From contig NC_135804.1 of the NCBI RefSeq assembly GCF_964213995.1, forward strand, positions 59,520,001 through 59,584,000: a stretch of 64,000 bases of DNA. Reading direction: 5' to 3'. A program made the translations under genes and the position numbers. This document shows, piece after piece, positions 39,481 through 49,005 of this stretch (positions are counted from its first letter, which is position 1; each line of letters starts with the position of its first letter). A model generated the notes under the pieces. That model was not told where the DNA came from. It saw nothing but the letters and a program-made list of their open reading frames with translations, and made no database searches. The stretch comes from Mustelus asterias (taxonomy: Eukaryota).

Positions 39481-42154
39481 AAGAATGAAAAAAAAATGAC
39501 GCAAGCAGGGAAATTAATGAAGCTACGGAGATGGTTTTGCCTTGAACTCTGCTCCGCGGAGCTCATGCAGCGAGGGCTGGGGGTGATGATTGAGCAGCAA
39601 CCACTCTCGTCTTTCTTCCATCCAGTTGTGAGCAACCCCTCTTATTCCCATTGGCTTCAATTGTACCTTGATGTCACACTCGGTCAAGTGCTGTCAAAGT
39701 GCTGTCAAAGTCGGTAACTTTCACGTCTCTTCTGGATTCCAGTGTTTTTGTCCAAGTTTGGACAAAGACTGCAATGAGGTCGAGAGCCGAGTGCTCCTGA
39801 CTGACTGATCATCATTGAGCAGGGTATTGCTGAGTAACTGTGGCTTGATAGCACTGCCGATGACAGATTCCAATATACTGTTGTTTATTAATTATTAGAA
39901 TGGTGTAGCGCAATTGGCTGGATCGCATTGCACCTGGTGAATTCTTATAGGGAGAAGCAGACGGAAAATTCTGCTGTGAATCCTTAACGATTCCTAACCC
40001 AATGTTGCACTTGACAATTTCAAGGACCCGAGACGAGAGTCTGCAAATAAACAATTGGTTTGTTGTGAGATAGCACCTTTGTAACTTGAAACGCCTTCGT
40101 CCAAAATTCCTATCTTTCCTATTTTAGCACTTGCACGAAGCAATTCAAGCAGACAAATGCATCCGGTTAAATAGGAAAGATGCACATTGCAGGCAATGCC
40201 AAAATTGCTCACACAGTGTATCAGCAGGGCGGATTTCCACGAAGAACGTTTAAGAATGGGGTTGATTAAACCTTCGGACTGGCCTATTTCTAATAGTTTT
40301 ATGTGATGGTAATGAACTGAGCATCAAATGAAATTATAAACCTGGCCATATAGAAAGTGAGAGCTATGGTTAACCAACCACTTCAGGAACATCTGAATAA
40401 TTCCCTGGATACTAATCAATGATCAGTGAAGGCAAATGAAGTAACTCTTGTTGCAAACCCCCGTTTTTAAATTCAAAACTTTATTGATTCTTGCCTACAT
40501 GGCTGCATCACTTAACTCAGATCAAACATAATTGTACAAAATAGATAACACATTAACAGTGAATTCTCAAAATTGCTGTGAGGCCAAACATGTCTCCTTC
40601 GCGCCGCCGATATTATTTTTAATTCTGCTGCCATTTATTGTCTGGAAAGATGATTAGGAGGTTCAAAAAATTCGACACATGACAGAAGCAAATTACGAAA
40701 TTTACATTAATTTTATGATTCTTTAATAGGTAGCACACTTGAGTTATTCCCGTGAGGAAAAATAATGAATTTCAACCATGTTGACCCCACAATCGAAAGC
40801 CTACCGTCGCAAAAGCAGCATTTTGAGCCCATAGACGTTCAAGACCAGATGTGCAGCTTTATAATAACATAAAAGAAGCACCTTTGGAAAAGCAGGGTGA
40901 GCACAGAAAATATAAAAGTCAGAATCAAATATTAGACAACGACAAGCAACACATTTAAATATGCTACTCTCTTTGAAGGATTGAAATTATTTCGACATAA
41001 AACTTTACTGTCTGGCAGACCTTCATCAAGTACCCACAGGAAAATGTGTTTTGCCAACAACAAGTATAATTGCAGTAAATGTTGCCATTATGTAATCATG
41101 TAATATCAGACGGCATCTGAATTAATTCCTTCCGGTCCATAGAGACTTGGAAAGATAGGGACGTAGGAAATAGGAGCATGAGTAGGCCATACGGTCCTTC
41201 AATGCTTCTCCTGCATATAATTACATCTTTGTTCATCGGCTACCTCACCGTCTTTTTCCAGCAATAACCCCACATCCCTAGATGACTTTAACAAGTAGAA
41301 ATCAATCGATGCCTGTTTTGAACATTCTCAATGACTGCGCATCAATAGCTCTCTGGGCCAGAAAATTCTTAAGATTTACCATCCTCTGTGTGAAGACATT
41401 CTTGCTCATCTCATTCTACAATGACTCCGTATTCTGAGTCTGTTTTATTTTATTGTTAATATTGTTAGTGGTAGTGCTTAAATTTTTTTTAAAAACATGT
41501 GCATTTGCGTTGAAACCATATTTTATTTCATAGTGCATACAACATATTTGAGAATTACGGCAGCAGCCTGCGACGCAGCGAATCTGGAGCAATTAAACAA
41601 ATATTGTATGCACTTTATTACTGTCACCTTGCATATAAGTTTCCATGCTATTTTATTCTTTCAGTTAAGCTTCACCCTCACTCAAGTTGTTTAGGTACTG
41701 CTCTGGTTAAACCGTTAAAATTACTAATTATTGGCTAAATCTGATGGATTGGTACAGAGAAAGAATTGTACAGTTGATCTTTACTATTCTTTCTCATAAC
41801 TCTTTAGTTCACGGTTGAGCGTCCACGTTAAGGCTCATCTCTACCTCATGACAGCTCATATGCCATCTTGTATCGTTTGCTTTGTCGCACCTCGATACCG
41901 GACCTTCATTGCAGATGCCTCAGTGGCTTAAATTATTTCATATTAAATTTGCGTAATCTTAAAATGGAATAACTGTTGAAAAATGAAGGAAGAATTTTAA
42001 TATTTAGCCCAACTTGGGGAAAAATTTGTACAAATTCTGACACAATCAACTAATTAAAGATGCCATATGCCACTTACATATTGGACTGGATTCAATGATG
42101 AGAAATATCTCAGATCTTCACTTTAACTTTGGTGCAAGGAATGAATTCTAAATG

Positions 42155-42555
42155 GCTTTTCCCGATGGACGATGGTGGAAGATGGTCCGGGGTGCGTGGG
42201 GTCCTTGATTATGCCGGCTGCTTTTCCGAGGCAGCGGGAAGTGTTGACAGAGGAAGGTCAGAGGGCAAGAATCCTGCAGCGAGTAACTCGCCTCCTGACA
42301 ATCCAAAGCGTGTTCATCATCACAAGGTCCAAGTCAGGAGTGTGATGCGATAATCACCACTTGCCAAATGTCTGCATCATGTCAATGGATAGGAGGCTGG
42401 TTTGAGTGATGGACTGGGCTTCATTCACGACCCTTTGTAGTTTGTTGTGGTCTTGGACAGAGCAGGAGCCATACCAAGCTGTGATACAACCAAAAAGAAT
42501 GCTTTGTATGGCGCATCTGTCGAAATGGGTGAGAGTTGTAGCGAACATGCCAACT
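42155..42555 (-). mobile_element. Rex1-like LINE 3' fragment
   Basis: ORF fragment SILFGCITAWYGSCS..KLQRVV, homologous to ~55370-55590. Confidence 0.7.
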
Positions 42556-43645
42556 TGTACAATAAACGGTTACATTTCTCTCATTGAGCCTGTTTCAGTG
42601 ATAGCGCAATGTTTTCCAATGCGATTAAAACGACTGCGCTGGGTAAATTAAATATTAAATAATGTTTACAGCCCTTTCTGCTTACATTTCTGGTCAGGAA
42701 GATTCGGCTGCGTTAGAACAAGCGTTAATACTAAGTAATTCGGTAACATTCACTGCCAAAATATGCCGTGTACCATAAACCATGACCGAGCCATGGATAA
42801 ATGTGCCGTACGTCAAGTGATATTAGTCACAAAAACAGTGACACACAGTGGTCTGCTTTGGTACGAGGAAGCATCTTCGTAAGAGAAAACGTACTCATGG
42901 TCTCGCCACTCCGATTGTGCAATAGACAAGGCGCAAACCTATTGTTTTCTGAACGAAGAATAGCTTTAAATGCAGGTGGGTATCGTTCTTGTCGCCAGAC
43001 TCACAGTAACTTCATTGCAGGGTTAATATAAGTCTACTTGTGAAACGAATAAATAAATTTTAAAAACTCAATGCAACGAATGCCACACGGCATCGCAGGA
43101 GGGAAATCTAATAAACTGAAATCAATTTAAAACTTAAAACGCCATTAACAAGAAACACTATTTACTAACAAATTACTTTGTGGATGTGATAAATGTGAAA
43201 ACTGTCGTAAACCCTCCCATGACGCTTTGAGTTGCAGTAAAAATCCACTCTTGTTGTCGTCGACGCACTGGAATGAGGAATGGGGAGATGATCAGGAGTT
43301 TTAGCCAGAATTGTTATTCCAGTAATGTCGCTACACGTTGTTTGAGGTCTCGATCACACTCGGCCCTAAGTACTCAGGACGAAAGGTTTGCACATTTTGT
43401 GCTCCGACAGGAAGTAGAATGTCTTTGATGAAGTGCGGCAGGGCCGCCTGCGGCCTGCATCGTTATTTCCAAGATTGAATGAAGGGTCGATGGACTTGAG
43501 GTGACAATGATAATTACTGGAACGAAGTTTCCAGAAAGTGGCTGAAAAACATTACTCTTCAAGAGACAGCTTTTCGGCTGGCATTAAGGTCAGCTTCTAC
43601 TTCGCAGACACACACAGAGAAATGTAAACGCATCCAATACGCTGT

Positions 43646-43678
43646 TTTAGTCATGTGATCTCTCATGTCGTGGTCACA
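43646..43678 (+). promoter_or_regulatory. Conserved proximal promoter motif of gene B (GTCATGTGA E/M-box + TGGTCACA)
   Basis: ttagtcatgtgatctctcatgtcgtggtcaca, at the same distance from the ATG as in gene A. Confidence 0.4.
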
Positions 43679-43777
43679 TGTTTCATATATTTAACCTTAA
43701 GACCTATTTCTTACGCAAACTATTGTGGATACCATTCTCATTTGCAGCAAATGGACAAGTAACGCATTATTTGCAAC

Positions 43778-43832
43778 ATGTCGATACAAGTTACAGTTCA
43801 CTACATGGCTCTTCTGGGCGTGTTTTGGCCAG
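43778..43832 (+). CDS. Gene B exon 1: leader peptide MSIQVTVHYMALLGVFWP(A)
   Basis: ATG at 43778, CAG|GTACAT donor; homologous to the gene A leader. Confidence 0.8.
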
Positions 43833-46800
43833 GTACATTTAGTTATTAGATGCTGCCGGTTTCACAACAGCAAATCTTAATTTAAAAGACTCGACAGCTG
43901 TTACCCACTGTACAATTGGATACTGTGCTTCTCTAATTCGATTGCTTGTTTTTATAATTTACTTCTCTCAGTTGTTTTTCTTTATCTGTTACCTCACCAC
44001 CTTTGTTACTTTCCTGACAGCCGCCGGAGTAACTTGGAACGAAGTGGTTCAGATCCCTAAATACTTGAAGGTGAGCAGAGGCGCGAATGCTTCCATGTTC
44101 TGCACATTTCCCATATTTCAAGATGTGCCCGATGTTCGTTGGTGGAGACGCGGAGAGCAATCCTTTCTCCAACCAGACAGCAGAAAGCGATTTGATGCGA
44201 ATAAGGGAAGTAGTTCGCTTGAATTCCTGAATGTGACTTTTGCAGATTCCGGAGTGTATTATTGTAAAGTAAAATATCCAGAAAAATCTAATGAAACTGG
44301 AACTGGCACCCAGCTTACTGTATACGGTAGGTGTTATTGTAAACGGGTGGGTTTCAGCTCAGCGCCATATATGCAATTTGATCCTTTTTTATCACTGGAG
44401 GAAAAGTAAGAGCGAATTCCTTTTACAGAACACTGGACTGTCCTCCATTGACCTTGATGCACAGTGGATATATTAGTACGAATAAAAGCAAATGGTGGCG
44501 GATGCTGGAATTTGAAGCAAAAGCAGAAAATGCTGGAGAACCTCAGCAGGTCTGATAGCCTGTGTAGATAGAGAACAGAACTAAAGTTTTAAATCTGGAT
44601 GACCTGCTCTGACGAACGGTCGTCAAGTCTCGAAACATTAGCTCCGTTCTCTCTCCACAGATGAAGACAGAGCTGTTGAGATTTTCCAACAGTTTCTGTG
44701 TTTGTTATTTTAGATTCGAAATCATGTCATGGAAAAATGCGAAATAAAGAGACAACATTTTGAAAAAAGTCAGCAGGCCAAGGAGCTTATGTGGGGAGAA
44801 AAAACGCTTTCATTGTCGATTATGAAAATCGATCTGAAACGTTAGCTCGGTTTCTCGACACAGATGTTCCCTTACCGGCTGAACATTCTCCGTATTTTCA
44901 GTTTGTATTTGAGATTTCCTGCCTCTGCAGTGTTTTGTGTTGATGGTTGAATGGGATTTTAGTGTCTCGTTCCTTCATGTCACAATGACGGTGCCACAAC
45001 TCAACAATGGAATCAACTTTAACACCTCACAGGACAAACCTTTTGCAAATTTTGAAGATCAGTTTATTAATCTGAACAAGGAAGGAATATTCACTGCGTG
45101 CTCGGTGACACCCGCAGTTAGAACTGCGAAGAGTAACAAACCAAAACGAGCCCAAAATGGAGGTGACTGCAAAGAGAAATAAGTTTTCGATGGAAGTCAG
45201 CCCAGTCATTCACGGTATATCATTTTGTTGCAGGTTCCCGTTTCCAAATCGTCTCTGTGCCAAGTTCGTTGAGCTAAATCAGGAGGCGAAAATCAATTGG
45301 GATTCTTACTCCTAACTGCTCCCGGTTTAAGTTGAACAATTTGGTAATATTTACAAGGGACTAGACTGTAGCTAAATTCCACCCAAAGGTCAGAAGCGTT
45401 GCGTTATTTTGCCAGTCACCTTAAATCGGTCTTCTGGTTATCGACTCTTGTATCACTGAAAACACTTTCTCTTTATTGACTTTATCAAAACTGATCAGAA
45501 CTTTCAAAGTCGCTATCCAGCCTCCTCTAAACATTATCACGTCTAAGTAGAACAACCGTAGCTTATTCCGTCTCTGCATATAATCCAAGTCCTCTCACCC
45601 TGGTAAAGATCCAACATTCTCAGTGCCTTCATAATAAACTCAGGTGAAAACTCCCCAAGCACAGCGACGAATTTTCCTCAAACCAGATCTTTTTTTCCTC
45701 TAACTGCTCGAAACTGCCGATGTAACACTTTCTATACCCCTGTGACCGAAATTTGTGATGGACAAAGTTTTGCTATGTTTCGGTGTCAACCCTATGTCCG
45801 CAGTTTAGACTTGGTACATGTGTCCATTTATATGTTTCACATTCCAAACTTTTCACAAACCGGATTCTGCAACCCAGTGAAAGGAAGGATCTTGCCCTCA
45901 ATGCTGGATTCCACTCCGGGTTCGAGACTTTGCAGGGCAGTAAAGGTGCCCGATGCTTTTGTTTGAACCTCTTGGATACGCCATCTGAATTTCCTATGAT
46001 ATTGTCAGAACTGATAAAGCGGAGGCTGGATATCACCGAACATTCATATAAACATCTGGGATCCCTTATTGTAATTCATGATTCCCATGTACACTTCCCA
46101 TGCCCAGACGAAAGTTGTGGTAGGAGATCAAGGGAACACTGGCTTCTTTCTACCCAGCAGGTTAAAACAAGCCCATATGAAAATAATTGAAGAATTCTGA
46201 GGCTTTACTGGAATAACAGCCAACGTAATATTTAATGTTAATAATGCATGTAAATTACTAATTTTCTACTACTACAATGTCGCAAAAGTGGCCTCGTAAG
46301 TAAAATATATTAAACAGATTGATTATAATAAATAAATCTATGTAAACCTAACAAGGAACTTTACAAGGTGATTGTGGATAGAGTGGGCGGACTGATAGAG
46401 CGTTTCGCATCAGAAAATGGTAAATTTGGACTGCTCGAAGAAAAATCTTCTCCAGACAAAATGCGTTCAGCTGACCGAATGACGCTACAGAAGAGCACAC
46501 GCCTGGAATTTACGGCTCAAAAAACAAAATACTGCGGATGCTGGAAATCTGAAATGAAAACTTAGTCAGACCTGATGTGTTTACCCAGCATTTTTTGTTT
46601 TCATCCCTGGAATTAACCCCTGGGTTATTTTTCATATTCGGTTTCAGTCATCCGTATGGGTATTATGATCTATATAGATATATGTAATTATCAAAATATA
46701 ATCTTTCCTGGTTTACAAAATAATCGAACCTTCGCCCCTCCTCGAGAAAGATCCTTTCATGAATGATGCAAGAATTGAAACCTTCAGCATAGACACTGAA

Positions 46801-49005
46801 ATGTTATATAATCAACAGTATCTTGTTTGGAGTCGATTTAGATATCGGAGATATTTTGATTTCACACACATTTTGATTTTACACATTAACCGAAAAAATC
46901 TGTTTTGAAACTAACTAAATATTCGAAGCGGCCATTTTTTCAAATCATCACACTTTAGTACGTCAATGATTCTTGCAGAAAAAAAACCTTAGTAGAACCC
47001 AATGTTCGTGCAGCCTGTTTGGTGCTCCCTTTCTGATATATTCAGGCCGAAATCTCACTCGAGGTCACTGCTGCCACACACAATTTCGCGCTAGGATCTG
47101 CTGCTTTATTTCCGAACTGTGATACTTTCTTCGCTGGTTGTTATCAAGTCTGGGAGATTGTTCATCTTTGTGTATCGCTTGCTAGACATCCGGCATTTTT
47201 GCTGAGCATCGGATAACATTGTATGCAATAAATGCACGTCTGAAGTTTCAAAAGCACGATAACTGTTATTGCCGTACGAGTGTAAAAGCGTATCGAGGTT
47301 AAGCCACTGAGAATATTCTCCTTTCAATTCAATTTTTTTTCATCCTGTTAAAAGTTCCCCCAACACCACTGAAAATCGTTCCGATTGAAGAGAATTCAGC
47401 GACTTCTCTAAGATTCGAGTGCAAAACGGCTGCATTTTACCCGGAGGATTTAAAAATCTCCTGGCAAAGAGATGGTGTGGAAATTCTGGCCGGAATAGAA
47501 ACTGTGAGAAACGAGACAGTGGATGGTCTTTTTGAGGTCTGCAGTTCTTTGGAAGAAGCGCAGCCTCTTCAGAACGGAGTCGTTTATACATGTCTGGCAT
47601 CTCATATCTCCCTTCAGGTGCCCGCCAGTGTCAGCCACACGGTCATGCAAGGTAAGGTTGGAAACATTTACTGCAGCGAGTGGGGGGAAATGCTCCAAAC
47701 TGTAGTTATTTATTAGATAGGAAGGGGCAATTGTTTAAACTTGAATATACGGGGTGAATGTGGACTTAATCGCGATGTCACATCAATGAAAATGAATTAA
47801 AATAATCAAGATGGTCGTTGGAGAAGGGAGAATATGTCCCTGAAAAGATCTGAAAAGGGAAGTTGATGTGCGAACAGTTCGAAAGTGAAAGCTTATTTCT
47901 CACCAAATTCTTACCAAATGAACTGGATCGGCTTTAGTATAGTCATTTTTAATTGGGACCGTTCCTGTGTGCAACTTTAGCCAACATCGTTTGAGGGCAT
48001 TTCCTCCACAATCCAGATACTTTTGACCATTATTAACCTATTTCTCTTTTACCCAAACATAAACTTCGGAAACACCTTCTTTCATCTGGTTTTACTTCAT
48101 TCACTGAATTCCCTCGTTCTTTAAATTTTTGGAAATGCTGAAGCAGGAAGAATTGTTTCTCATGCTCCTCTGGTGACAATTTCGGTTTTGGACCCTTTAC
48201 TCCAATAAACAGTTGTTCATTACACTGTGGGTGGAAACTTTATAAATAAAGGAATAACAGTGCAAGTACAGAGCATTTGGTACATGTTGCCTGTATTGGT
48301 GACAGCGTGTCTGCCATGCCAGGAGCCGACCCAACCTACCAGGGCGAATATCAGAAAACCTAAACTATGTGTCGTCCTGATTAAGTTAGCCGATCACAGA
48401 CTGATCACCAGCGAGCTTTATTTTCATCGATGAGGACGGTGTTCGGTGCCCAACTTGTAGTGTCCCACGTTATTATTATAGAGGTGCACTTTTGTGATTT
48501 TTCTACCCAGCCAAAAATATGTTGGATTTTTTTTAAATTGTTTATTGGCATTGCTCATAACCGACCGGAGAGAACAGAGCAAACACATTCTGACTGAAAA
48601 TGGACATCATTGTCCTCTGAGATTTGAAGAAAAGTCAATAGCCAAAAGAATGGCGCTGGCACCGAGCAACAGGCTCTCTCGCAAGGTGGAATGTACTATG
48701 TGAACACGTTCACTTGATTCTCAGTTTGGGGATTGTATTTTGAGGTTATTATCGTACGTTAATTGAATTTAATATCGGGTCCCAAGTTTAGAGTAGCAAT
48801 TGTATGGATCCCTTTCAGTTATAGAAGCCAGTGCTATTTGCTTCCATTCGACAATGCTGATATAAACAATTAAATGTACATATTTTAATATTGCATTGTA
48901 GAGTACAGTTTCCGCAATGTGATGATTTCACGGCATGTTCTCGGCTTTTTGATAATTCTTGGACTGCTGGGCATAATTGTGAACCATGCAACAGATTTCA
49001 ATTGA
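43778..49005 (+). CDS. Gene B: non-rearranging VJ-C1-TM Ig-superfamily receptor, join(43778..43832,44021..44326,47355..47651,48902..49005), 253 aa
   Basis: 55+306+297+104 = 762 nt open frame ending in TGA at 49003-49005; all splice sites canonical. Confidence 0.9.
44021..44326 (+). CDS. Gene B exon 2: V-set Ig domain with J-like G strand
   Basis: Acceptor ttcctgacag, donor G|GTAGGT, 306 nt. SMFC, WW, DSGVYYC and GTGTQLTV motifs. Confidence 0.92.
44480..44935. mobile_element. Penelope-related foldback (inverted) short elements with a degenerate hammerhead at ~44606-44645
   Basis: Arms GCAGAAAATGCTGGAGAACCTCAGCAG.. and ..CTGTTGAGATTTTCCAACAGTTTCTG are inverted; CTGACGA..GAAA core. Confidence 0.55.
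47355..47651 (+). CDS. Gene B exon 3: C1-set Ig domain
   Basis: Acceptor cctgttaaaag, donor G|GTAAGG, 297 nt. [16 protein letters not shown]...DGLFEVCSSL...[10 protein letters not shown]. Confidence 0.92.
48902..49005 (+). CDS. Gene B exon 4: TM and 7-aa tail (E)[33 protein letters not shown]
   Basis: Acceptor cattgtag; TGA 49003-49005 lies 2 nt before the donor AG|GTAAGA at 49008. Confidence 0.85.

Noticed and set aside
44460-44466. CACAGTG heptamer downstream of the gene B V exon (possible RSS)
   Set aside because: It is 134 nt into the intron, has no ACAAAAACC-like nonamer at 12 or 23 spacing, and is not conserved in gene A; several other heptamers are parts of SINE heads.
13758-49005. 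Germline-joined Ig light chain or TCR gene
   Set aside because: A TM exon is present (unlike IgL), there is no F/W-GxG or V pairing motif, the V is too short, and no TCR connecting-peptide Cys or full CART motif is seen.
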